A stretch of 64,000 nucleotides of DNA from Haplodiscus bocki. Taxonomy: Eukaryota. Below, one piece after another: positions 1-13,900 of this stretch. The stretch lies in assembly GCA_965655095.1 (NCBI GenBank), contig OZ296656.1, forward strand, positions 67,332,001 through 67,396,000. Reading direction: 5' to 3'. A program made the translations under genes and the position numbers. Every line of letters begins with the position of its first letter. Position 1 is the stretch's first letter. The notes beneath the pieces were generated by a model, which saw only the letters and a list, made by a program, of their open reading frames with translations, was not told the DNA's origin and made no database searches.

Positions 1-1395
1 AATATTGTTGGGAAGCTCACTGTAATTTAATTATCCACTGCTCCACTAAAATCAGTGCAAAGTTCCTCGACACCAAAAAGCTTGTTTTGAGGGTTTTAAA
101 TATTTTGAAGGACAAAATGAGTATCCATGAACCTTCTCAAAAAAAATCCAAAATCTTTCATGAAGTTTTTTGCTCCAAGCTCCATATCTAGTACGATGCA
201 AGACATACTGTTTCAAGAGTCAACAGAATTGAAAAAAGAAGGCAGAAAGGTTTTTACGTCAAAACAGAAGAGCTGTCCAGTCACTTGACCAAGAAAAAAT
301 GAATTTGGTCTCCGTCCAATCATGCAAAAAAAGCCTGGGCCGTTGCCACTATCTGCCCTCTTTGCTCCAGCAACCTAATGTACTCTTGCATGTAGTCTGA
401 ATACTTAGAATGGACAAAATTAGAACTCCAAATACGAACGACTACAAGCAAAAACTCCAGCAAAAACAAATCACACGTAAAAGGTGTGCATGATCCCCAC
501 AGCGGTATGTACTCAGAAATAGGTTTTTGTGAACACTATTGAGTTCAATTGACCTTTTAAAACCCGAATACACTCGGGAAATGCTCTTTAGAAGCAGAAC
601 ATCCATTCTTGACAAAAATTGTTTCATTTATGAACAGTTGTTTCATCCCATAAAATGCACTCCTTGTAAAATATGTCAATGTAGTTCAAGATATGAACTC
701 GTTCGGTCATAAGCGTTTGGTATTCGGTCAATTGCGGATTAATTTCATTATCTTTGAGGTACAAACAATTTCGGTAACTGTACACGATAAAACTTTTTTT
801 TGTATCAGGAAAAAAATGATAGAGAGTATTTAATTCCGAATATTTTCGATGAGACCTTACAAAAGGGTTTATCAGTAATTACTCCATTATAAACGAAATT
901 CCTTACATAAGGTAAAGAGACAATTTCTTCAAGTTTTTAATTCACATGGGAATTATGTTGAAACTTCTCGTCTCTTTTATTCCTTGCAAAAAATTGGACT
1001 TGAGCGTATGAACTCTCTCGCTTGTCCAGATTGTACTGCAGTCACCCAGTTCTTTTTGGTTGCTCCGTGGATTAATTCAACCATCTTGTCAGACAGTCTG
1101 AATTGCTCCTCCATGTGTTTAGACATTCTTTTCATCAGCACTGGGGCAAATTACAAATTTCACTCCCCATCAATGTTTCCTGGTGCAATGATCAGATTCT
1201 TCAGCCGCATGAACTGGTTGGAACCTGTCTCTCCCATTGGAAGATTCTGTACCGTTCGGAATTGTTTTTGTTTTTTCTTCTCGAAAACGTTGAGTTTTTC
1301 ATCCAAGTAAAGGGAATCAAAGTCGAACCAGGAAAACTTTCTAAATCTGTCTTGGCATTTGCCAAAGTCTACATAGTCGGTGCAAGTTAGCTTGT
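1..1395 (-). pseudogene. Decayed small ORFs typical of Polinton/Maverick-like elements (DEDD-exonuclease-like fragment at 1-206; possible PC4-like fragment at about 880-1395)
   Basis: Minus-strand reading gives MSCIVLDMELGAKNFMKDFG... (hydrophobic-D-x-E start, ATG at 206) and LACTDYVDFGKCQDRFRKFSW...LYLDEKLNVF...QNLPMGETGSNQFMRLKN. Both are broken by stops and frameshifts. Assignment is from recalled similarity only. Confidence 0.35.
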
Positions 1396-2509
1396 TCTAG
1401 GAAGCAGTAGTGTTGTAACCTAGGAATGAACGAAATAGATTGCTGCTAGCTGAAGGACTTGATTCTTTTCTATGAATGAAAGTTCAAAAACTAGTTTTCA
1501 ACTGCAATTAATTGTATACGTTCCCCTTTTGGTCCCTGTAATTTGATGTTTCCCTAATAGATCACTGCCAGGTGAAAAATCCAATAAAAGAGACTATCTT
1601 CCATTTTGGACATTTTCAAGTTTTTTATCTTTTTTCGATAGGGTTGCGCACAAACATTAATTATTTTTCCTCAGATTCGTTTGTTCACAATACCTCTTTA
1701 TCATCCAGATGGCAGCTGAAAAAATTACAAATCATACCCAGCTTCCATCCAAATTTTTCGAACTACAGTCTCTTTAATTCTGCGAACACCCGTGAAACAT
1801 ACATTGTGAATAAAAGCTACTGTTGTGCCCTCCACGCTGACAAGGCCTGCTTGATATTCGAATATAGATATCACATTACACGGTTAGGAGACATTAAACA
1901 GTTGCTATAGAAAATTGGACGCATTCTGTATCAACTATCAACAATTGGACTGTCGATATACGTTTTTCAAATATCGGTTGAGTGGGAAACTTGTTGTCAA
2001 GAATAAAAACTTTTGCTAATGTGCAGAGGGCAGTTCATTTCCAACAACAAACCAGGGGAGTGAATAAAATGCCCAGCATCGCGAGAGAGACTGTTGAGGA
2101 AAAAGAAGTAAACAAAGTATTTGATGAGCTCCTTCCGAAAAACTAAACCATAGCAAACTGATGAATGAGTCTTTGCAGACAGATATGAAAAAGATTAAAA
2201 AACTAAATCGAATTGGAACTGATGAATACTGCAGATTTTTTGCAGATGGGCTTCGTGATTATACCATTGAAAGGGTAACTTTTAGTATAAAACTTTCAAA
2301 CCCGAAGAGGTTTGTAAAAGTCACAAGATAGTCCAACGGAATTGTGCATTACAGCCAACATCAGACTCACAGCAAAAAAGCAAGAAGGAAACCAACAAAG
2401 AAGCAGACTCCTCCGATTAACAGAGAAAAAAAATGAAAACTCCTTGCGTTTTTCTTTTAAAGTAGCCGTTTTTATGTTAGGACGTGCGGAATAAAATAAA
2501 AAAATTGGA

Positions 2510-3020
2510 CTTACCAGTTTTACAAGCGTTAAATTTTGAATCAGAATTTTTAAATCATGTCAGAATATAGTTTACAAAGAAAAGAATGCATTTCATTTCA
2601 AATTGAATTTTTGTCGTCCTGTCAAATTTCGAATGAGAAAAGGTCGAGAAAATTAGATTTTGGAGAAGAAAAATTTTTTGGGATTCAAATTTTGTTTCGA
2701 AGATTTTCTTGAAAAAAAATCAGGTTTTGAAACTTTTACAACTAAAAAAATCACGTATTGACTCAAACCTCTCCAAAAAATCGACAAGTTTTTCTGTCCT
2801 CTTGTCTTTTTTGAAAAAAAAAGTTTTTGAACCAAATTTTTTCGTTGAGGTCAATTTTTGAAACGAACTGCTTTGAAAAAAATCAGATTCTGAAAAAATT
2901 CTGTGTGAAATCATCAGTTTTTCAACTCAAAATTTCAAAACGTGTCAAACTTTGACAAAAATATTTTACAGACTCTCAGATTTTATTCCAAAATTTTCAC
3001 ACGTGTTTCCGAATTAGCAA
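2510..3020. repeat. Interspersed repeat with degenerate ~30-bp internal units
   Basis: Recurrent (TC)AGATTTT/TCAGATTCTGAA/TCAGGTTTTGAA-like motifs with A/T runs at short spacing. Confidence 0.4.
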
Positions 3021-6000
3021 ACTTTATTTCTTCTGACGTTAAAAACTAACATAGCTCCACCACATGTATTTTCCACAACCTTTTCCCGCATGCAATCATG
3101 AAAAACCACAGCCTAAAATGTTTTTGTATATTAGTTAGCAGCATTCTTGTTCGGACAAAAGTCCTGGTACTGAGTTTGACATGTACTTTAGTTTTTGATT
3201 CCACTGTGGTGCCCCAACTTACTTTCCGTCTGACCTTCTTTTATGCAGAAACTGGCTCCTACTGATAGAAATTTTGATAGCGATAGTAAAACTAATTTTA
3301 TCTCACACGTTTCTCACTAGTTTTTGAGAAAATGTTTTTGTTGAAATGTAACAATTTATTTATAGTTTCTACTAAATCACACGCACAGTAAAATTAAAAC
3401 AAGATATCCAAACAAACTTCTTTGAATACAATCGGAAAGATTCACAATTTTTCATCCAAATGGGCGAATTTTCATCAGCACTGGGGGTGTGTTGGTGTCT
3501 CAAAGACTGGAGTTTTTGAAAAAGAAAGAGCTTTCTCCTTATTCTGCATTTCGTCAACGAGAATCGGATTTTCAGCCATTGAACCTCTGACAAAATCGTG
3601 GAAACTTCAAGGAGAAAAAGGAAAATCTATGCCTGGTGACAAGAATGCGTCCTTGTTCAAGTCAGGGTCGTCCCAGTGAAACATAATATCCTCCACTGCG
3701 GACACCTGATACCAGCTTGTGTCCATGTCTTGTGAGCCTACTTTTGAGAGTACTTCATCCTGCGTCTCCATTGTCCATCCCTGGTTGCGAGAAATTGGAA
3801 CTCGTGATGGATGATTGTTCAAACCACCATGTCTTGAGACAACAACAAGCTGGGAGCTGCCACAGGAGTTTCTTGAGAACTTTTTGTCATTTCTTGGACA
3901 AAATCTGTCACAGTCAGAGTAACTGAATCTGGTCCAAAGTCGGGAGACCACACAAAACTGTCCTTGGAGACTGAGAAATTCCTGTTGCTCTACTAGAGAC
4001 TGAAGTGTATAAAATGAGAATGGAATTGAATTTTTGGTTAACTGTATCAACCAATGGGAAGTGCACAAGATTATAGAAGGCATGGGATAATTTTTGCCTC
4101 TTTTGGTTCAAGTTCGGGTGCGGATGATTGTGATTGGCGCACGAATTTCTGCAAAAAGTAATGGTTTTGCGGTTTCGTAGTCACAAATCGTTTCATTGAA
4201 AAAGCAATGTGTACCATCACCGCCAAACAACAAAATTTTGGTTTTTGTTCCTTAAAAGGAATCTTTCAAAACGTAGCAAAACGCTTGGCCTTGCTAACAT
4301 TCGTTTACGTAACATCTTGCATCATTTCCTTCCTTGTGTGGACATACACAAAATTTGCCGTCAAAAGAAACTTCCAGGACAATAGACATATCTGGAATTG
4401 ACTATTGAGCCAAAATTATTAAAAAGATAAATCCCTTAGCCAAACTTCAAGACTAACGATCTTGATTGTTTTTAGAGGGATTATTGAACAACTGACACGT
4501 GGACCCGCATTGGGGACATTGATGCTCGCTTCTGTCGGGAGATTGAAAAGTGTTTTTGAGCAGGCCAACTATACCCGATCACATTGCCTTCAAACAACAC
4601 AAATTCCCAATATTTGTAATACTGTAATAATGCTATTGTCATACCGCCAATCAAGGGTGATTATGCTGCAGATCGTAGCTGCTCTAAATTTTCTCAGATT
4701 TGTTTGCAAGGTAATATCAATTTTTGTAAAGGTGGTGAATTTTGCCGTCGTTAATTTTGAGTTTGTCAGTAAAAAATTATTACCGTGTAATTCCTTTTTT
4801 TGATGGACAAGACACAATATTTGTTGTTTCCAAAAAGATACGATAAAGAAATTATCTTTTTGGATGTTCATTGATATCTTAAAGGTGATGAACAAAGATC
4901 TATTCGTTTGTCTTTCCAGATTCAATCTCATTTTTCAGTTTCAGTAATGGATTTTGTAAGCACTTCGTGACCTTATCGAAGGTTTTTTGAAAAACACGCA
5001 AACTGTCAACCAAAGAATTAGGTTTTCTTTAGGAAATATTTACTAGTTCTTGGAGGATATAAGAGTGCTGTGATTTCAAATCGAAAAAATGGCACAATTT
5101 GATTGCAAAACACTGTTTGTTGGCGCCTTTCCCAACACCTATTATTCGAAGCTGGGACTAAGAGATGTCAAAATTTTTGGGGTAAATTTAAACTATCATC
5201 GTTAGTTCCTTCGAAAGTGTTCTCAGGTTTTTCTTCGTAAAACTAATACAATTTATAAGAACTGGGAAATTGCTTTTTGACAGACATCAGAGAGTTTTAG
5301 TCTGTAATATTTGCAAAATCAATTGCTCGGTGGTGTAGAAGCGATGCAAAGTAGATGGGAGTTTCATTTTCTAGCAACGCTAACACAGACAACGCTTTTT
5401 TTCCAACCTTTCAGATATATAAATATGTTTCTTGGATAAATAAATACGAATTTGTGGTTTAATGTGTAAAAACATCGGATTACGAGATGTAATTGCTGAT
5501 AAATACTGTCTTGCATGGCGTCATTCTATGCCTTCAACCTCCACAATACAGTAATTGTGCAAAATTTAATTTTCATTTCGTTCTATGGAAGTGTTCTTGA
5601 TTGAGAGTAGAGAGCAAATGAAAAAAGAAACAGAGTAAAATTAAACTTTTCAGACAAGTTGTCTCCTTATCAGGGGAACTTGTTTCTTTTGCAGAATTTC
5701 TCCAGACAAACTTTCGCCATGCAAAAAGAATTTGGCCCACTTGATTAAGTCCGTCAGGCACGCTGTCTGGGGTTGTCGATCCACTTCTTTCATATTCTCA
5801 GACAGTCTGTCACCATGAAAAGGAAACTTGTTCCATTTCACTTATATCCACACACAGGCTGTTTCAACCATTATCAAAAGTATTTTGAATGCGTATAGTC
5901 AGTTGTCAAAATAAAAGAAGTTGATCGACAGATCGTTCTATGCTTGGTCTTCTCTTTTGTATTTTTTATTTTCATATATGTTGAAAACTAGCAAAAAACT

Positions 6001-6249
6001 TTTTTTCTACAAAAAACTGTATGTTTGTATGTTTTCTTTTGCAATGCTAAAGTCAAGTTGGTACAAGCTTTACGCTCACTTCAGAATAACCTGTTAATTT
6101 GTCTTCACTCAAATGAATTTCCCAATCCGAAAGGAACGATTTATTTGCGGAAACTGTGGAACCCAAACTTCAAGAAGAAATTTGGTTCGGCACAAGAAAA
6201 CCTTTTCACTAATTGTTCCCATTTCTCTACTACCTTCCCCGATGATTTA

Positions 6250-6575
6250 AACTATCGTAAGGCGGAGAACTGCAGAGCCCTAAAACCTGTGGTTAAATCT
6301 AAGTTTAAACATTGTTACCACAAGTTCTCAGACGTTTACGCTTTACGTCAACATAAAAATACCCAACATAGCTTTCCTATCAAAACAGCAAGGGTTCAAC
6401 TTGAAGATATCCTCACTGAAAATGATGATTCCAATCTTGAAGAAGAGTTGCGCTCTCGTCAACATATCCTCGTATTTTCTGAAATCAAACCGATAAAACA
6501 CAAAATCTTCAATTATGCTTTAAAGAAGCAGGACGCAACAATAGTTGACGAAAAGCTTGATCCCTTCTTCAACAG
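6250..6575 (+). pseudogene. Degenerate C2H2 zinc finger plus adjacent segment resembling the N-terminus of a Polinton-type DNA polymerase ORF
   Basis: Within ORF 6025-6705: FKHCYHKFSDVYALRQHKNTQH (C..F.....L..H...H, first Cys lost), then LEEELRSRQHIL...KHKIFNYAL...IVDEKLDPFFN. Truncated afterwards. Confidence 0.5.
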
Positions 6576-8299
6576 CAAAAGCCTAATTCTTGATGTCCTC
6601 AGCATTAACAGAAAAAGCCAAGCCGTTAGAGGGAAAAACATTAGCATTCCGGTAGATATATGTTTGACTTACCTCGTGGGAAAAATACTGCAGTTTTTCA
6701 GGTAAACGTCGAGTGAATTTTTCCTCACACTCAATGTTCAAATTTGCAACAGTTTCATCACACCAGTTTTTTGCTATCAGCTATAGCGAAAGATTATATG
6801 AAACGTCTCGAACGTTTCTCAATAGATATAAAACAAGGTACAGTGCAGTTTTGTTCAATTGGAACATTTGGATCTTCAGATTGGTTTGCTGAGGTTGATG
6901 TTTTTGATATATCTTGGTCGCACAGACAACAAACGTTGAACATAAGTTCTATCATTTTGTAAGTCAAAATTTTACTGATAGAAGTAGAAAGTTGAAGCAA
7001 ATGTATGCAGCAGTAAAGCAGTTTCAAGTTTTGAAGGTTAATTTGGGTCAGTTTTGCCTTGGGAATCTGTAAAAAGGAGTAAAATACTAGCTCGTTACAG
7101 TGATTGCATTTATCATTTCTTTGGTTTACATTTCGACTTCGATTTTGTCCTTTGACTTCGAATTGTCTTCAGAATGGTGGTTAAAAATTGAAGAGGGTGT
7201 CGATTGAACAGCTTTGACAAATCTTCTTGATGCAGATGTAGATCTTGAACAGCGTCTTGATGGAGGTCTGTAAGAAAACTTGTAGTTTCTGAATTTTTCA
7301 AAAACTGTGGATTCAAGGAGTTCGATATAGAAAAGAAATGGTAACGGTTTATTGGTGGGAAAAACAATGGCAAAGAGATCCAGAATCTCTTCTTTTGCAA
7401 TTTTTAAGGTTTTCTGAGCTCTATGAACTTCTCTCTGGATTATTTTCTCTATTGCAATATCGATATAGGGAACAGAAAATACCACGTGGTCGTGAAATTG
7501 AACTTGGTCAAAAACTAGAAAATCGATTTCGCGAAAATCGAATCCTTGAATTCCAACTGTTGCTTGAAGCTCAATGTTACTTCAATAATGGTTTACAGCA
7601 TATGAATTAGGCTGCTCTTCCAGATGAATCCGGTTTGGTATTCTTTAAAATATCGATTGAAAAATTTTGCAGGCGATTCCGATCGAAAACACGAACTCCA
7701 TTTCTCTCTTTGCCTTCTCGCTGTTCTCGAAAACAATTGTAAGTAAAATGCTTTTTTTGAGAGTAAATGTAATTTTTCAGAGTTTGGGTTTTACTTTGTT
7801 TCTGGCGTACTTTGTTTGTGTTGAACTAAATTTAAGGTTTGGATCAGAAGTTTCAAAAGATAAATTTTGAGACGCCAGTTTAGATGTTACGTAAATAAAT
7901 TCCATCGAAAAAAAACAAGAGTACGAACTTTTTCATGCGTAGTGTCTTCAGAGTCAGCAAGTGTTTTCATTGTGTTAAAGGGAGAAAGGTTCCATAACGG
8001 TGGATGTATCTTTGATTTGCCTCGTAATTTCTTTCAGTTCCTTAGCTAAACCTTGAGTTAACATTTCATTCAGATTAAAGTTAATACTTGCAGCAGACTC
8101 ATTACACCAGCCTTTTCCAACTAAGTGATGAACTTTCAGAGCATACTGGTTTGCGTTATCAGTTGCTTTTTCCGTTAAAGATTGAACTCTAACTTGCGCG
8201 TAAATTGCAGTTTTTTATCAGAAAAAAGAATTTTCAAAGGCAGCTAAATAACCTACCAATTTGTTTTAAAACTGTCTTGGAGTCTTAAAAAGCAGCTTG

Positions 8300-9250
8300 A
8301 AGCAATTCCAGATAAAGAGCATTGTTTTTCCTTCTAGCCATTAAATATGAGCTGAGGGGTCAAAAAATTGTTCTCGTATGTTAAGATTCATGTGTGCATC
8401 CATTGAGTGCCATTACCTTTCAGGAGTTTATTGATGATTAAGTCCCTCGAAAAACTTTACAGATTTATTCAACGCAGCAAAAGGTATAGTATACTTTTGT
8501 GAACGTACAGGGGGACGGTTTACTGCATTTACAGTCGGAGTAGAAGATGATTAAGCGAGCTTTTCAGAGGGACGAATATGGTTCGCGACTGCTGGGACCG
8601 TAAGAGTAGTATGGTATGTGCATGGTATAATGTTTGATTTGGATTTGCAGTAGCATATAAATTTGTATTGTTTTGAAAACGTTGTTTTTAGCACTACACA
8701 TTGAAAAAGTATGAAATGCATTCAGAGGAACCAAAGGGAGCCTTGACAATGCAAGATTAGTTGTAGTATTTATAATCAGCATGAATAAGGTGTCTGTTGA
8801 TCTATTTGATTGATTTGTCACAGTTCAATTGTTTTGAAGTTTGTTAAAACATTCCGTGAAAGATTTTTAAATAGGGACTCCTCCTTGAGCTGTATTAAAA
8901 TTGCAAAAAACGGTAAAGTTGCAGTATTTTGATATTGAAATTGACGACTAGTTGTATTGGAAAGATTATCTGTATATGCTGACATTCAGGTAGAAATTGT
9001 TTGTTTCGAGTATTATAATAACTCCAGTTTTTATTGGAACTGCTCTGGTATTTTTTTACCTTGTCTAAAAGCAAAACTATTTGGAGATAATCTTTCGGGA
9101 GCCTCAGTAGGAGAGTACATTCTGTGAGTTGAGTTTTTTCTTTTTGGGATTCGAAACAACAGAGATCGTTTGAATTTGAGAATGATTTGCAGTGTGCAGG
9201 ATTTGTTTTGATATTTTAACAAGAGTGTTTTAATTGATCATCGATTGACT
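8300..9250 (-). pseudogene. Polinton-like capsid gene remnants (major-capsid-like at about 8300-8900; minor-capsid-like at about 9000-9250)
   Basis: PLVPLNAFHTFSMC...YSYGPSSREP resembles the Polinton MCP segment P-x-NN-x-LHSLF...LSYG-x-x-AK. LQIILKFKRSLLFRI resembles penton-like QIVGDxKAPLLRI. Frameshifted. Confidence 0.35.
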
Positions 9251-11089
9251 TTAATGTATTTTCTCAACAAAAAGTTCTGCAAAGTTTTTTTTAAAATTTG
9301 TTTTTTTAACTATACTAGGCGCATACTCCAGTTGAGTAAAGATATCAGAAATCTTCTGAAAAAAATTAGGAGGTCATGGATGGAATTTTCCAGCTGTAAT
9401 CAAAAATTGTTTATATTTCTTGTTCATTGAAGTGATTTGGAAAACTGTCTGAACCACTGCGATCTAATGTGTTGCAGGCAATTCGATAGTTGAATCTAAA
9501 GAACTTTCTCCGAAACAGAGAGTATACAATTAGTTGAGGTTTTGTTACAGTATCTGAAATAGTTAATTGCGAGAACTTTAATTGGAATCATTTATTTGAA
9601 CGAGCAATCTTGCTCGTTTCGAATGTTATGGATTGCAAAAAAAAACAAAAACAGGTTATTTTATACCCAATAGTTTATTGAAGTTCCTTCAGAAAAAACT
9701 CGAATAGACCTTCAATTGGTGGATAAATATCTTCTAGGTTAATTGCTTTCGAAAACCTTTCATAATTGGTGTTTTTAACTGGGTTCAATCCAACAGTGAA
9801 GGGAGTATCAACAAAACTCGATTCACAAGTTTTTTTAGTGAAAAAAGAACAGATAAGAATCATGATATTCTCTAAGGAAGACAATTGAATCAACATCAAT
9901 TGCCTTGTTGTTGTTTAATTTCATAAAAGATTTTAAGTGCAGCTTGTGACATCTGTAAGAAATGCTCTTTTTTGTCTATCTGTTATAATGCGGAAGATGA
10001 GTGTTAGGAATTAAAAATCCAGATCCAGCAAATGTTGTGATGGTACGGTTTTTGATTTTGATCTTGTCATTTGAATTTCCTCCTGGGAGGTACTATTGTC
10101 TTGAGCAACACAATTGAGTTGATACGCTTGTTATTGCAGTTTATTACGGTCCTGTTCTTGTTTTCCCAAAATTAGATTTGCAGCTTTAATTTTTTCTGAT
10201 ATTGCAATTTCAAAGTTCGTTTTGAGCTGGAGTTTTTTCAATGAAAATACTTCAGAAAAACTTCGTTGTGATTCTAAGGGTGGATTATTTAATTGATTTA
10301 ATTGCCTAATTAACACATCAGAAAGAGATCAGTTTTGGAATTGCAGTTGTTTTTTTTGTATTTTTTTGAAGTCGTGTTTCGTTCCAAAAATGCTGGTCTT
10401 GATTAGATTCAATGTGATTCTGGGTTTGACTGGTTGAATCTTGGTTTTGCACCTTCAGATGATTGAATTGAATTTGAATTGACAGATTGTTGTCTTTCTG
10501 AAAGAATGGTTTGACGGATGCTTCGGAAGATTTCAAAAAAAAATGAATACAAGGAATTAACAAGAGTAGAGAACTTCAATAGGCAGAAAGAAGTTCAGTA
10601 GTATCTAGGAACTCCATAATTGACAGTTAATTCCTACCTAATTTTTAAACGGTCACCTTAACTGTCATCACCATAAGGAATCCAAACACGCTATGCAAGG
10701 GAAATCTCCTCATCTGAAACTAAATCTCAAAGTTTGGGAGAGTTAAAATAAGGAGCCAACCAGTAGAAAACCACCTACAGTTGAATTTTCTACAACAGGG
10801 AAGAAAAGATTGTCGCAATATTAGAGATGTATGAAAAAAATCGACTTTGCCAGATAAAATCAAACTTCTTCAGCAGAGTACAATAGAAGATTTAGCTACT
10901 CAGAGGAACTTTTAGATTATACAGAATGAAAATATACCGAAGAAACTTTGGAAACAGTATTGGTTAAAAAACAAAATCAGAGAAAATGATTAAATAAATC
11001 GAAGGAAATCGTTAGTGACAGATTGAAAATTCTAATCTAAAAACAGATGGTGAAATTTGTATTCAAATGTTGAAAATCAAAACATTAGA

Positions 11090-11520
11090 GTAGTCAAAAG
11101 TCAATGTTTGGTATACGGACTGCAGTGGAATACACCGTATACCGGACTCCAGTTTACGCGGAGTTGAGTTACTAAGACTGACGGTGAACAAAATTGTATA
11201 GAGACGGCCCAGTTTATAGTAAAAAGGTTTGTCGAATTTTATTATCCAAAGGGCTGGAGTTTTATTGCCGGAACGGCTGACAAATTTCAGAGTCCAAACA
11301 ACTGTCAGAAAGCCAGAGTCCAAAGGACTAACATGTTTTTAATCGACACGACTGAGTGAAAATTGAAGATATTCATTGTTACTTTGATCGTTTTAAAAAT
11401 ATTGTCGAAAAATTTATGCGTTACAGAAAAAAGAAAAGTTAGTGAAAGCAGGAATAAGAGAATTCTTTGAGAAAAAAGGTAGAGAACCTGGACAAAGGTA
11501 TATCTTGATTGTTATCGGTT
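11090..11520 (+). pseudogene. Possible Polinton-type integrase N-terminal fragment
   Basis: Weak. Fragments such as VKRFVEF... and ...EKKGREPG resemble the run-up to the GRKPxxLxTD integrase motif. Many stops. Confidence 0.3.
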
Positions 11521-12599
11521 GATGATTTTGTCAAATTTTTAAATAGTTTCTTGTTGAGATGTTTCTTTACTTAGGTTAACACCAAGACCATACTTTTTCC
11601 TTGAGTCGCAAACGCTATTATTTTTAACTACCAGGAGATCTCAATTGTAACTCTAGTTCCAACATATCAAGAAACCGCCGTATTCTACCTGGGTAACACT
11701 TCAGTTTTTATTCATTATCTATATCACAAACATCAGCAAAATTTATAAACGGAGACTAAATATATAATCTGCGTTTGTACAATAATATTTCAGGAACATC
11801 TTCTACACGTTAAGTGTGTCTTACAAAAACGACAAGATAAAATTTCAGTAGTTTTTGGCATGTTCAAGACAAGGCAACTGTGGCTAACGCTGAGGTGAGA
11901 AAAGGTTTCCATCTGAAAAAAGAAGAGCTTAACAGTTTTTTTTGTTCTCGAAAGTAATTAAAGGAAAAAGGGAAGTACTGTGGTATTGCTGAAGTTTCCG
12001 TCGAAGGGACGCAGGAAAGATTTAGCAAAACCAAAATAAGCTGATTGCATAAAAACACCCTTTTTCAAATATACGGAATTCGTCCAAGAAGACTTTGTTT
12101 GCAAGGTTCAAGCCGCCAGCTTCAAAATATATGACTTACGAAACAGACATCTTATCAAAACTAATTGCACTTCATCGCTTTTCCGGCCTTTCACGATTCG
12201 CATTCACGACTCAAAAATCCTCCGTTTGAAAGTCAAATTCTGTTTTTCGTGTCTAGAAAGCTATCGAATGAAACTTTCTTGGAGGTGATGAGGCAGATAG
12301 AGGTGAGACAGTACCAGTTTTAATGGCAAACATAATAGCCTTCTCGCACAATTCGCTTCCAGTTTGATTCCACTGCAAGGACCTAAAGCAATGATTTTCA
12401 TAGCGCAAACACCTCAACTGTTAGAAAATTGGTCGAAACTGAGAACATGATCGAAAAAATCAAGCCCGTTGTAAAGGATAAATATGAACTCGTATGTCGG
12501 AATTTTTTGTTGCTAATATTAGTGCTTTGCATTTTGGGACTATCAGAATTCCGACACAAGAAACGGAATTGAAAAAAATACCATTCAATTCTTAATGTC

Positions 12600-13900
12600 T
12601 TTTAAAAAAACAACTTTTGAAGACTGTGCTGTTATAGATAGCTTTGAGGTTCCGGACACAAACGTGTTTAAATCAACTGATACATCAACAGTAATAGCAA
12701 TTTCTGGCAATCCGGTACCATAAGGGGGCCGACGCAAAGAAAACAATCATTAACTTTATTGTCTACTATTATTGCTTGAGGGAACAACTGTCAATGGTGA
12801 CCGTGTTGAAAAGATATGGCAAAAAAACAACTAGTTGCTGTGGATGAATTTTGAAACTGGACATCAAGCTGTCAAAAGAGCACCTTGTAAACGCCTAGGT
12901 CTCCACCATTTTAAAACTGCCATGTGACCTCTCGAGGAAACAAGAAAAGGCTTTGTTCATCAAGATATGGAAAACTTATTAACGAGACAGTTCAAATTAT
13001 TTGGCACTTTTTGGCCTTTGGGGTCAACCAGGGCAGACGAGTTTTTTTTTTAATCACAAAGGCCTGTAAAAGTAGAGAGCTGTCAAGCTAGACCCCTGTG
13101 ATTGAAAACAGACCCGAAGTCTTTGAGAAGTCTGAGCTCGAATGGCGAAATGAGTTAATTTCACTAGCACCATCTAAATGATTCAACCAATCAGGATTCA
13201 CACACAGGGAACAAAACGAAAGATACGTTATATAGTTGTTCGGGTACAAATTTGTCAGCTCAGACGCTAAATGAAAAAACTCCAGCCTGTTCCTTTTACA
13301 GAAAATGCAAGTTCAATGTGATGAGGCACCATTGACCAATGGTCCAATATGCATTTTTGCATTTTTTGAGTATATTGGACGATCAGGATTCCGACGCAGC
13401 GGAGAAATTCCATAACCTCTATAATAAGCAGGTCCGTCTCAAAATAATGCCATCAATCCAAAGGGTTCTTCGAAGAAAAAAACTGGTAGATTTGAGCTAA
13501 TAGGAGTCTGATTGTCGAGGAGTGTCGGGAATAAAAACAGGTTCTGGCTTTTCCGGCAAATGAAGAGTCGACTGAAAGGAACATTTTCAAGATTTTTTAA
13601 TCTGCAAGAACTTCCGCAAAAAAAATTCAATACTGAGATTTCCATGTATAAAAATATTAGAGAATTTTGTATGTGAAAACGGATACAGATCAGAACCTAT
13701 AGTTTCTATAGTTTTTTTCGCAATTGGGGACTATCAGGATTCATCCGAAGGACCAGAATTTGTCTTTTGTAGAACATTAAGCAGCAAAATTTTGCCTACG
13801 CGTCAGTTGAGACCTCCATGGATGGAATTGAAATTGTGATCATGGGGATTTGTGATTTTGAGTTTGAAGGCGTACCAATATTGTTAGCGTTTTTTCTGTA
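12600..13900 (+). pseudogene. Protein-primed family-B DNA polymerase remnant (Polinton-like)
   Basis: In order: LFGY (~13235), a motif-B-like FRQMKSRLKGTFSRF (~13550-13595; cf. K...NS.YGKF) and motif C RILYVKTDTD (~13661-13690; cf. YxDTD). No continuous frame. Confidence 0.5.

Noticed and set aside
1900-2420. Possible gag remnant (…RFFADGLRDY…)
   Set aside because: Single weak motif; insufficient support.
3372-5850. Cluster of overlapping 60-160-aa ORFs
   Set aside because: No recognisable motifs. Probably decayed element coding sequence, but I cannot assign it.
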